Shown here: positions 1-8,850 of the stretch, piece after piece | Position numbering within the stretch: position 1 is the first letter of the stretch | Layout: every line of letters starts with the position of its first letter | Source: an uncultured Mailhella sp. | Lineage (GTDB): Bacteria > Desulfobacterota > Desulfovibrionia > Desulfovibrionales > Desulfovibrionaceae | Reading direction: 5' to 3' | NCBI RefSeq assembly: GCF_963931295.1 | Contig: NZ_OZ007001.1 | Coordinates: 1,551,137-1,615,136, forward strand | Length of the DNA stretch: 64,000 bases | Translations under genes and position numbers: made by a program | Notes under the pieces: model-generated | What the model saw: the letters and a program-made list of their open reading frames with translations, nothing else | What the model was told of the DNA's origin: nothing | The model's database searches: none

Positions 1-1
1 C

Positions 2-1414
2 GAATTCGGCGGAAGCGTGGAGAACCGCTGCCGGTATCCGCTCATGATCATGAAGCGCATCCGTCAGGAAGTGGGCAACGATCTGGTCATCGAAGTGCGC
101 ATGAACGGCTCCGACATGATGGAAGGCGGCATCACCCCGGAGGACGCCGCAGAACAGGCCCTCATCCTTTCCGAAGAAGCGGATATGCTGCACATGACCT
201 GCGGCACCCGCCTCGACGCCTCCAGCCGTCCGAAGATGCATCCCACGCACTTCCTTGAAAGAGCGCACAACGCCAGAGCCAGCGAACTTGCCAAGAAGGC
301 CGGCGTCAAGATTCCCGTGGGCGTGGTGGGCAGCATTCACGATCCCGATCTCGCCGAAAAGCTGCTCGAAGAAGGCAAGGCCGACTACGTGCTCACGGCG
401 CGGCAGGCCCTTACCGACAGCGACTTCGTCAACAAAATCCGTGAAGGACGCCTTGAGGACATCCGCCCCTGCCTGCGCTGCGACTTCTGCCTCGACGGCT
501 CCAAGCGCGGCTCCCTCACCACGGAAGTGAACATCCGCAAGGACTCCACCTACGACAGACAATGCGCCGTCAATCCGCTCTGGTATCAGGGCATCACCAA
601 GAAGCACCTCATTCCCGCGCCTTCCAGAAAGCGCAAGGTCGTCGTTGTCGGCGGCGGCATTGCCGGCATGCAGGCAGCCTTCACCGCGGCCGAACGCGGC
701 CACGACGTCACGCTCTACGAAAAGAGCGACAAGCTCGGCGGTCAGGCGCTGTTCTCCGACGGCATGTGGTTCAAGCAGGAAATGAAGGCCTTCCGCGAAT
801 ACCTCATACGTCAGGTTCACAAGTCCGGCGTCCATGTTCTGATGAACGTCGAAGCCACCCCGAAACTGATTTCCGAAATCGACCCCGACGTGGCCATCAT
901 CGCCGTGGGCGCGGAACAGGTGGTTCCTCCCATTCCCGGCATCGACGGCAAAAACGTGTTCATGTCCTGGGACGTGTTCGGACACTACGAGCTGCTCGGC
1001 AAGCGCGTGGCCATCGTGGGCGGCGGTCTTGTGGGCTGCGAACTTTCCATTGACCTCGCAGGCCAGGGGCACGACGTCACCGTGGTGGAACTCGGACACT
1101 ATCTCGCCGCTACGGCGCAGATCAGCGAACGCATGCACATCATGGAATTCATGAAGAAGAACAACGTCGCCTCTCTGGTGGACGCCACGGTAGAGTGCAT
1201 CGAACCTGACCACCTCAACGTGCGCACGGCCGAAGGCCCGCAGACCATTGAAGCCGACAGCTTCATCATCTGCACGGGCACCCGCTCTCTGACCGACCTG
1301 CGTGATTCCTTCCGCGACACGGCCTTTGACGTCATCAACATAGGCGACTGCGTACGCGCCTCCGACATCGTCAATGCCGTCCGCACCGGCTGGGACGCCG
1401 GCGCAACCGTCTGA
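2..1414 (+). CDS. NADH:flavin oxidoreductase (old yellow enzyme barrel + Fe-S + FAD/NAD domain; FadH/BaiCD-like architecture), 5'-truncated by window edge
   Basis: Frame is open from base 2 (EFGGSVENR, OYE motif). CLRCDFC...C Fe-S motif; two Rossmann motifs GGGIAG and GGGLVG. Confidence 0.85.
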   Translation, partial: EFGGSVENRCRYPLMIMKRIRQEVGNDLVIEVRMNGSDMMEGGITPEDAAEQALILSEEADMLHMTCGTRLDASSRPKMHPTHFLERAHNARASELAKKAGVKIPVGVVGSIHDPDLAEKLLEEGKADYVLTARQALTDSDFVNKIREGRLEDIRPCLRCDFCLDGSKRGSLTTEVNIRKDSTYDRQCAVNPLWYQGITKKHLIPAPSRKRKVVVVGGGIAGMQAAFTAAERGHDVTLYEKSDKLGGQALFSDGMWFKQEMKAFREYLIRQVHKSGVHVLMNVEATPKLISEIDPDVAIIAVGAEQVVPPIPGIDGKNVFMSWDVFGHYELLGKRVAIVGGGLVGCELSIDLAGQGHDVTVVELGHYLAATAQISERMHIMEFMKKNNVASLVDATVECIEPDHLNVRTAEGPQTIEADSFIICTGTRSLTDLRDSFRDTAFDVINIGDCVRASDIVNAVRTGWDAGATV

Positions 1415-1508
1415 CATCAACGGGATGCCGCAAGCGCCCGCCGCTTACGGCATCCCGTCCGAAAAGCTCCCCCCGCACACCGCCTTCCCCTCTGCAAGGA
1501 GTGCCTTT

Positions 1509-2987
1509 ATGTCCACCCTCCGCCTATCCAATCTGACGCCTACCAAATGGTTGTGTTTTGCCATCGTTCTGTTCTGCATGTTCGGCGCTCCCGAGCTGGT
1601 GTCCGGCACCGGAGCCATGACCGATCTCGGAGCAAGGATCATATGCATCTACGTGGGCATGGCCTTCGGCTGGCTGACGCTCGACCTTGCCTGGCCCAGC
1701 GTTCTGGGCATTCTCGCCGTGGGTCTCTCGGGCTACTCCAGCGTGAACAACGTGCTCAAGATGTGCTTCGGCAACAGCAGCGCCCTGCTCGTGTTCTTCG
1801 TGTTCATCATTACGGGCGTCATCGACAAGGCGGGCGTCTCCCGCTGGATAGCCCTTCACATCTGCAGTCTTCCCATCGGCCGCGGACGGCCCTGGGTCAT
1901 GACCTTCTGCATTCTCGCCGCCATCATGACTCTCACCCTCTTCATCGGCGTGTCCCCGGGCGTGCTGGTCGTGTGGGCCATTTTCTACAGCATCTGCGAA
2001 GTGTACGGCATCAAGCCCGGCGAACACTGGGCAACCATGGTCATGGTGGCCATTCCGTTCTTCGGCAGCGTCACCGCCTCCATCTTCCCCTTCAAGTCGG
2101 TTCCCGTTGTGGCCCTCGGCGCGTATTCCCAGCTCAGCGGCGGCGACGTCATCGACTTCCCCCAGTATTTTGCCTGGTCCCTCATCGTGGACTCCATGAT
2201 CGTCGTGCTTACGCTGGCCTTCATGCGCTTCGTGCTCAGGCCGGACGTGAGCAAGATCTATAACGCCAAGGTGTACTTCAATCCCGAAGAGCTGCGCCTC
2301 ACCACCTATCAGAAGATCGTGCTTCTCTGGTTCTTCCTGTTCATCGTCATGATGATGGTCCCCTCCCTGCTACCCTCGCACTGGGAACTTACCAAGTTCT
2401 TCAAGAAGCTCGGCAACACCGGTTGCGCCGCCCTCATGTGCGCCATCTTCTTCGCCTTCGATTTCGTGCAGAACGAATCCATGCGTAAGACCATCGCCTC
2501 CAGCGTGCGCTACGACGCCCTGCTCGTGAACTTCTCCGCCATCGGCATTGCCGGCGTCATGTCCAACGACGCCAGCGGCATCTGCCAGTGGTTCGTGGAT
2601 CTGGTCACGCCGCTGACCTCCGGCCAGAGCACCGTGGTTATTCTCATGCTTCTGGTGGCCATGGCCAGCCTGATGACTCAGTTCCTGAACAACCTCGGCA
2701 GCACGGCCATCTACATTCCCATAGCCTACAGCGTGGCCGTGGCGGCAAACATCAATCCGGCGCTCGTGTGCATGTGCTGCATCGCCGCCCTGAACATCGG
2801 CATCCTTACGCCTTCCGGCAGCAACCCCGCGGCCATGCTCTACTCCAACGCCGTGTGGGCTCCGGGACTGCGGCCTTACGCCTATGCCGCATGCTTCCTG
2901 GCCATCAACTTCGCCGTGCTCATGCTCGTAGGCGTGCCCATTGCCGAATTCTTCTTCCCCAGCATCCTTCCCAATTCCGTGCTGTAA
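1509..2987 (+). CDS. SLC13/DASS-like (ion transporter superfamily) permease
   Basis: About 12 hydrophobic segments; NNLGS and TPSGSNP motifs typical of DASS hairpins; AAGGAG RBS at about 1496-1501 before ATG 1509. Confidence 0.7.
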   Translation: MSTLRLSNLTPTKWLCFAIVLFCMFGAPELVSGTGAMTDLGARIICIYVGMAFGWLTLDLAWPSVLGILAVGLSGYSSVNNVLKMCFGNSSALLVFFVFIITGVIDKAGVSRWIALHICSLPIGRGRPWVMTFCILAAIMTLTLFIGVSPGVLVVWAIFYSICEVYGIKPGEHWATMVMVAIPFFGSVTASIFPFKSVPVVALGAYSQLSGGDVIDFPQYFAWSLIVDSMIVVLTLAFMRFVLRPDVSKIYNAKVYFNPEELRLTTYQKIVLLWFFLFIVMMMVPSLLPSHWELTKFFKKLGNTGCAALMCAIFFAFDFVQNESMRKTIASSVRYDALLVNFSAIGIAGVMSNDASGICQWFVDLVTPLTSGQSTVVILMLLVAMASLMTQFLNNLGSTAIYIPIAYSVAVAANINPALVCMCCIAALNIGILTPSGSNPAAMLYSNAVWAPGLRPYAYAACFLAINFAVLMLVGVPIAEFFFPSILPNSVL

Positions 2988-3008
2988 CGGTCTTTTTCCC
3001 CTGCCGTG

Positions 3009-3044
3009 AAAGTCGGTGGCGTTCCTCCAGCGCCGCCGACTTTT
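3009..3044 (+). terminator. Intrinsic terminator after DASS permease
   Basis: AAAGTCGGTGGCG / CGCCGCCGACTTT stem followed by T-tract. Confidence 0.75.
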
Positions 3045-3321
3045 CACATTCTGCCTGGCTTTCTCCCGGAGCGCTCCGCGCTTCCGCCGAAGGGAAACAC
3101 GGACATCGCCCGAAATTCGGAACATCACCCATCGCATGCCTTCGCGTGCCCCGTTTTTCTGAGTCGGGCGGCCCTACTGGCAACAGTGCTGAAATGCACG
3201 CCGTTGCAAGCCCGCGCTTCTGAGACTCCGGGCCCATGGCCCTGTCACGCCGATCCCGCGCAAGCGCCGCCCCCGCGAGCAAAGCCCTGCGTCACTCCCT
3301 CTGTTCCCCCAAAAACGCCGC

Positions 3322-3358
3322 AAAAAAAGGGCGGCAGCCTGAGCCGTCGCCCCTTTTT
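3322..3358 (-). terminator. Intrinsic terminator after argC
   Basis: A7-GGGCGGC ... GTCGCCCC-T5 hairpin with A/T tails on both sides. Confidence 0.65.
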
Positions 3359-3374
3359 CAGCAATGTTTCCGCG

Positions 3375-4421
3375 CTACGGAACCAGCGGCGCGAAGTTCA
3401 GTCCCGTGTTCACGGGAAGGCCGAACATGAGGTTCGCGTTGGCCACGGCCTGACCGGACGCGCCGCGGCAGAGGTTGTCGATGGCCGAGGTAATGATGAG
3501 TCGTCCGGTGCGCTCGTCCACGGTCACGGCGATGTCGCAGAACATGGTGCCGCGCACGTTGCGCGTTTCCGGCAGCTTGCCTGCGGGCATCACGCGCACC
3601 CAGGGGCTGTTCTTCCAGAAGTCCTCATAGAGGGCCTGCACGTCGGCCTGCGAAAGCGGCGTGGACAGCTTCGTGTAGATGGTGGCCAGAATGCCGCGGC
3701 TGATGGGCAGAAGATGCGGATTGAACGACACCGTCATGGACGTGCCCGCCGCCACGGAGAGTTCCTGTTCGATTTCCGGAGTATGACGATGTTTGCCGCC
3801 GATGTTGTAGGGGCGGAAGGAATCGGCCACTTCGCAGTACAGGGAACTGACCACGGCCTTGCGGCCTGCGCCGGTGGTGCCGGACTTGGCGTCGATGATG
3901 ATGTCGTCGGTGCGGACGAGGCCGTTTTTCAGGGCCGCGTACAGGCCGAGTATGGACGCCGTGGGATAGCAGCCGGGATTGGCCACCAGCCTGGCTTCGC
4001 GCACCTTGTCGCCGTAGATTTCCGGCAGACCGTACACCGCGCGGGCCAGATATTCCTTGCGGGTGTGCGGCTTGTACCAGGCTTCATACACGTCTGCGTC
4101 GCGCAGGCGAAAGTCCGCGGACAGATCCACGACCTTCACGCCTGCGTCGTAGAGATCCGCGCCTATTTCCATGGCTACGCCGTGGGGCACGGCGAGAAAG
4201 ACCACGTCGCAGTTTTCGGCGAGCGCCTTCACGTCCGGCTCCATGAGCACGACGTCTCCGCCGGGAAGCCCCTGAAGGAAGGGATACACGGCGTCGAGCC
4301 GCTTGCCCGCGTCCTGTCTGGACGTGGCGGCGGTCAGCCTGATGGAAGGATGGGAGGCCAGAATACGGGACAGTTCCATCCCGGTGTACCCGGTGACGCC
4401 GACCAGTCCGGCACGCAGCAT
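3375..4421 (-). CDS. argC: N-acetyl-gamma-glutamyl-phosphate reductase
   Basis: GVTGYTG Rossmann motif, ANPGCYPT catalytic motif, DNLCRGASGQAV. Confidence 0.97.
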   Translation of the reverse strand: MLRAGLVGVTGYTGMELSRILASHPSIRLTAATSRQDAGKRLDAVYPFLQGLPGGDVVLMEPDVKALAENCDVVFLAVPHGVAMEIGADLYDAGVKVVDLSADFRLRDADVYEAWYKPHTRKEYLARAVYGLPEIYGDKVREARLVANPGCYPTASILGLYAALKNGLVRTDDIIIDAKSGTTGAGRKAVVSSLYCEVADSFRPYNIGGKHRHTPEIEQELSVAAGTSMTVSFNPHLLPISRGILATIYTKLSTPLSQADVQALYEDFWKNSPWVRVMPAGKLPETRNVRGTMFCDIAVTVDERTGRLIITSAIDNLCRGASGQAVANANLMFGLPVNTGLNFAPLVP

Positions 4422-4477
4422 GGCAATACTCCAAAAAAAGGGCCGGAATATCCGGCCCGCTGATGGTGAGGGGGAAG

Positions 4478-4747
4478 TCAGGAACGGGCCACGAACTTCA
4501 TGCGCAGTTCATAAAGCACGTCGCGCATGAGCTTGCTTTCCTCGGGCGTGAGACCGTTGCGCGTTTTGTCGTCGAGCATGGTGAGCACGTCGATGGCGTT
4601 GCGGGCCAGGGCCTCGTTGCGGGCGGTGCTTCCGGTTTCCGGGTTGGGCACCTCGCCGAGATGCACCAGCGCGGAAGAGGCCAGAGACAGCACAAAGGTG
4701 GAAAACGTCACTTCCGGCAATATGGGCGAGTCGTTCCTGTCAGACAT
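4478..4747 (-). CDS. DUF1844-like small protein
   Basis: 89 aa; VTFSTFVLSLASSALVHLGE..NP...ID.L.ML.DKT.NGL pattern recalled for DUF1844. Confidence 0.75.
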   Translation of the reverse strand: MSDRNDSPILPEVTFSTFVLSLASSALVHLGEVPNPETGSTARNEALARNAIDVLTMLDDKTRNGLTPEESKLMRDVLYELRMKFVARS

Positions 4748-4772
4748 GATACCCCCGAATAACCTGAAGAAA

Positions 4773-6422
4773 TTATTCCTGATAGTTGGGCTTCGCGTTG
4801 ACCTTGGTCGTGTCCAGCGGATACAGGTACACGGCGCAGCGCGTCTTGATGCCCGTGGTAAGACCGGCGTAGGAGTTCACGGCCACTATCAGGTCGAGCT
4901 TGCCGTTGTTGTTCGCATCCATCACGGCCACGTCGCACACCGTGCCCTTGATGCGGCGGGTCTTCCACAGAAGTTCCATGCCCATGCCGTTCCAGAGCAT
5001 GGCGTGAATTTCGCCCTGCGGATAGGTGCGGTAGTTGGAGAACAGCTTGCCGGCCGTGGTGACGGGCTTGTTGGCAATGAGTTCGTAACGGCCGTCGTGA
5101 TCGAGATCCACCACGGGCATGCGCATGGGCACGTAGTAGAGCACGGCGTCGGAGCTTTCGCCGCTCGAGGAGAGCGCGCCGATGCCGCGGTCGCCTTCCA
5201 CGTACACGGAGCTGCCGCTGTAGGTGTCTTCCGTGCCGGCTACGCGGTTGCCGCGCGCATCGTAGGTGACGAGCGTTTCGTTTTCGGCAATGAGCGCCAG
5301 ATGGTCGCCGCGCTTGCCCTTGTCGGCGGGAATCCAGGCGAAGTTGAACACCGTGGCCTGCTTGGGCAGATTGGAGAGCTTGCCGCCGCGCACCACGTCG
5401 TCGCCGGAAATACGGCCTTCGTACACCGCGCCGCTGACCACCTTGCTGCGGTCGCTGTCCTGCATGATGAGCGTGGACGCGTAGAGCGGAGGAATCTTGA
5501 CCACGTTCAGATAACGGCGCACGTTGCGCGCCACCACGTTGAACTTGCCGTTCGCAAACTGCAGCACCTGAGAATAGGCCGCGGTGTCGCTCTTGCTGTA
5601 GCCGCTGAGAATGATGTAGTTTTTCTTGTCCTGAACAAAGGTGCGCACCAGCACGGGCTTCATGGAGGAAGGCAGGCGGTATTCGCCGATTTCCACAAGC
5701 TTGTTGCCGTTCTGCCACACGTAGGCGTTCAGGGAGTTGTCGTTGAGCAGCAGAATTTCGTTCTTGCCGTCGCCGTTGATGTCGCCCACTTCCATGCCGA
5801 GGCATTCAAAGCCGAGCATCTGGCTGCGGATCTGGGCTCTGTCGTCTTCGGTGCCCTGGTAGCGCAGCGAAGGATTGAGATACGCGCCGTCCTGCACGCG
5901 GCCGCGGCTTTCGTTCATGAGAAAGGCGCTGCTGGGGGAACCGGCGGAACCTCCGGCGCGGACCACGTCGGTGCGGCCGAACACTTCGATGTTGATGCTG
6001 TCGGCCACGTTCTGCAGGCCGCCGATGAGCGCGTTCACCGGGCTCGTGGCGGCTTCCTTCCACACCTTGCCGTCGGGCGAAAGTGCGCTCACGTCGAGGC
6101 TGGCCTGATCGCCCATGACGGTGATGCTGCCCCAGATGACGTAATCGGCCCCGAACTTGCGGGCCATGGCGGAGGCGGCGTCCCTGGAAGCGGGAGCCTT
6201 TTCCTTCAGCGCCGCATCCTGACGGCTGGACGGCTCAAACTGCCCCTGAAGGTAGAGGCGCGAAGTCAGCATGGAGGGAACGGCCTGCCCCAGATAGGAA
6301 TAGCCCTGCGCGCCGGACACCGAAAACGGCGCCACCACATAGGTGACCGCCATCGCGGGCACTTGCATCATCAGGAACAGAAGGGTAAATGCCCATATGG
6401 CGGGCAGAAAACGTCTGGACAT
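4773..6422 (-). CDS. Secreted VCBS/FG-GAP repeat protein with N-terminal TolB/CsgG-like domain
   Basis: Signal peptide after MSRRFL; repeats GDINGDGKNEI, DLDHDGRYEL, DANNNGKLDL; AAGGAG RBS. Confidence 0.75.
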   Translation of the reverse strand: MSRRFLPAIWAFTLLFLMMQVPAMAVTYVVAPFSVSGAQGYSYLGQAVPSMLTSRLYLQGQFEPSSRQDAALKEKAPASRDAASAMARKFGADYVIWGSITVMGDQASLDVSALSPDGKVWKEAATSPVNALIGGLQNVADSINIEVFGRTDVVRAGGSAGSPSSAFLMNESRGRVQDGAYLNPSLRYQGTEDDRAQIRSQMLGFECLGMEVGDINGDGKNEILLLNDNSLNAYVWQNGNKLVEIGEYRLPSSMKPVLVRTFVQDKKNYIILSGYSKSDTAAYSQVLQFANGKFNVVARNVRRYLNVVKIPPLYASTLIMQDSDRSKVVSGAVYEGRISGDDVVRGGKLSNLPKQATVFNFAWIPADKGKRGDHLALIAENETLVTYDARGNRVAGTEDTYSGSSVYVEGDRGIGALSSSGESSDAVLYYVPMRMPVVDLDHDGRYELIANKPVTTAGKLFSNYRTYPQGEIHAMLWNGMGMELLWKTRRIKGTVCDVAVMDANNNGKLDLIVAVNSYAGLTTGIKTRCAVYLYPLDTTKVNAKPNYQE

Positions 6423-6535
6423 AAAAGACTCCTTAAAGGATTTGCAAGGGACTCTACACTTTCTCGCCCCAAACGGCAACAGCACGACGCCGGCCTTTTT
6501 GTAACAACCACACCATCAACAGCAGTTTCACAGAC

Positions 6536-7798
6536 ATGACGACCACCCCACGCCGCTCCTTCCGCTTTGCCTGCTCCACGGACGACATTCCCGTTGTCGA
6601 AGAAATGCTCCGTCTGCAGGGTTTCCGCTTCGAGCCCGACGCCTTCTTCCCGCCCGCGCGGCGTCTTGTGGAGGGGCCCGGGCCTCTGGGCAACAGTCTC
6701 GCCGGATTCTTCGGCCTCATCTACATTCAGGACAGAGCCTCCATGCTGCCGCCCATTGCGCTCAATCCGCCGAAGGGCGCGTCGGTGCTGGACATGTGTT
6801 CAAGCCCCGGCAGCAAGACCAGTCAGCTTGCGTGGCTGGTGGGGCCGCACGGCCTCGTGCTCGGCAATGAACCTTCCCCGGTGCGACTTGCCAATCTGCG
6901 CCGCAATCTGCACGTCATGGGACTCATCCAGACCGCGACCTGCTGCCAGAGCGGTGAGCATCTGCCCCTGCCCGACGCCTCGTGGGACTACATTCAGCTC
7001 GATCCTCCCTGTTCCGGCTGGGGCACCGTGGAAAAGAATCCCCGCGTCATGGACATCTGGAAGGACGACAAGGTCGCCCCGCTCATCCGTCTGCAGAAGG
7101 ATCTGCTGCGCGAAGCGGAAAGGCTGCTGCGACCCGGCGGCGTGGTGGTGTATTCCACCTGCACTACCGACGTGGAGGAAAACGAAAAGCAGGTGCTCTT
7201 CGCCCGGGAGGAACTCGGCCTCGAACTCGAACCGCTCGGCGACGTGCCGGGCTTCGACCTCCAGCCGCCGCAGGGCTGTGAAGGCGTGTGGTGCCTTTCC
7301 CCGAAAATGGGCGACACGCAGGGCTTTTTCGTGGCCCGGCTCCGCAAGCCCGGTCAGAGCTCCGGGCCGCTGCCTTATACGGACAATCCCGTGCAGGCCG
7401 AGGTGCTCAGCGAGCAGCAGCTGCGCGAACAGGGGCTTGACCCGCGCTTCGTCCACGCCGAAATAGGACTTTTCGGCGGGAGCCTGCACGCGCTGCCCGT
7501 CCCGGCGCTTGCCGCCCTTCCCGATTCGCTGCACTGGCAGGGCCTGTACATGGGCAAGGCGGGCAAGAACGGCGATGTGCGCCTCTCCCCGCGCGTGCGC
7601 ATCGAAGGCCCGTGCGCCCACGTGGATCTCGAAGGCGCGGAAGGGCTGCGCGTCATTTCAGGCCTGCTGCAGGGGCAGAGCCTGCCCGCGCCGTCCTCGG
7701 TTTCCGCGAAGGATCGCGTGGCGCTGCTGCGCTGGAACGGACTGCCCCTCGGACGCCTGAACGTGAAGAACAAGCGTCTGCTCTGGTCGGAACGCTGA
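6536..7798 (+). CDS. RsmB/NOP (RsmF-like) rRNA m5C methyltransferase
   Basis: LDMCSSPGSKT SAM motif, LDPPCSG, YSTCT catalytic motifs. Confidence 0.9.
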   Translation: MTTTPRRSFRFACSTDDIPVVEEMLRLQGFRFEPDAFFPPARRLVEGPGPLGNSLAGFFGLIYIQDRASMLPPIALNPPKGASVLDMCSSPGSKTSQLAWLVGPHGLVLGNEPSPVRLANLRRNLHVMGLIQTATCCQSGEHLPLPDASWDYIQLDPPCSGWGTVEKNPRVMDIWKDDKVAPLIRLQKDLLREAERLLRPGGVVVYSTCTTDVEENEKQVLFAREELGLELEPLGDVPGFDLQPPQGCEGVWCLSPKMGDTQGFFVARLRKPGQSSGPLPYTDNPVQAEVLSEQQLREQGLDPRFVHAEIGLFGGSLHALPVPALAALPDSLHWQGLYMGKAGKNGDVRLSPRVRIEGPCAHVDLEGAEGLRVISGLLQGQSLPAPSSVSAKDRVALLRWNGLPLGRLNVKNKRLLWSER

Positions 7799-8016
7799 AC
7801 TATAACCGAAATAAACGGAAAACATACCGTTTCCGAAAAATTATCATGCGCCGCGTCCTCCCTGCCGAAGGACGCGGCCTTTTTCTGCTCAAGGGGGCGC
7901 GGCATGGTCGGAGCAGCGCCGACGCCGAGGAAGGCTGGACCAGACAAATGCCGTCGCACGGCAGCGAGCGCCGCAGATCTGCCGCAGCCTGCGCATTTCC
8001 GGCAGCGCTTGCCGCA

Positions 8017-8739
8017 CTACAGCTCAAGCCTGTCCACGCGAAGGGCCGCCCTGCCGTTCTTTCGCGCCTCAAGCAGCACAAAGACGGCCGGAGCGTCGCG
8101 CCGCGTGAACACGAAGCGCAGCCTCTCCGGGTGCAGCCGCGCAGGCAATGCCGCCAGCATGTCCGCCGTGCGCTCCGCGCCGCTCACGGCGGCAAGGCGT
8201 CCGCCGTTTTTCAAAAGCGCGTCCGCCGCGCCGAAAAAGGAAGGAAACGTTTCCGCCGTGCCGAAAAGCGCGGTGCGGCGCATGTCCGAAGGCGGGAGGC
8301 GTCCCGCGCCCTCGCGCCGCCACGGAGGATTGCAGATGACGGCGTCGAAAAGCGGCAGAACGCCGTTCGGCGCGCCGGTCTCCCCGGTCAGCGCAAGCCG
8401 TGCCGCCCGAAGATCGGAAGAAGACGCCACGTCGCCCAAAAGCGCGCAAAAGCGCTCCTCAAGCCCGAGGCGGGAGGCGTTGCGCCCGGCCGCGGCCGCA
8501 AGGGCCGGCTGAATGTCCAGCCCCACGCCCTTCCACGACGCCGCCTTCCGCAGCACGGCGAGCGCCGCCACGCCGCACCCCGTGCCGAGGTCGGCAAAGC
8601 ACGCGCCTTCCGGCAGAGAAAATTCCAGAGCAAAATCGGCCAGCAGCAGCGCGTCGCCGCTGAAGCGGAAACTTCCCTCCGGCTGTTCCAGTCCGGCGGG
8701 AAACGCCACATTCATGGTTCGTATTTCTTCCGCGCTCAT
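8017..8739 (-). CDS. TrmN6/YfiC-like SAM-dependent methyltransferase (tRNA1(Val) A37 N6-methylase family)
   Basis: FRFSGDALLLA, DLGTGCG, CNPPW motifs. Confidence 0.8.
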   Translation of the reverse strand: MSAEEIRTMNVAFPAGLEQPEGSFRFSGDALLLADFALEFSLPEGACFADLGTGCGVAALAVLRKAASWKGVGLDIQPALAAAAGRNASRLGLEERFCALLGDVASSSDLRAARLALTGETGAPNGVLPLFDAVICNPPWRREGAGRLPPSDMRRTALFGTAETFPSFFGAADALLKNGGRLAAVSGAERTADMLAALPARLHPERLRFVFTRRDAPAVFVLLEARKNGRAALRVDRLEL

Positions 8740-8850
8740 GCCGCATTCCCCCTTTCCCGTCATTGCGCAACGTGCCCGTTCCCGCTATAACAGGTCAACT
8801 GTCCGACTGCCGACAGCGTTCTTCCTACCTTCTTCCGCCGCGAGTCATCC

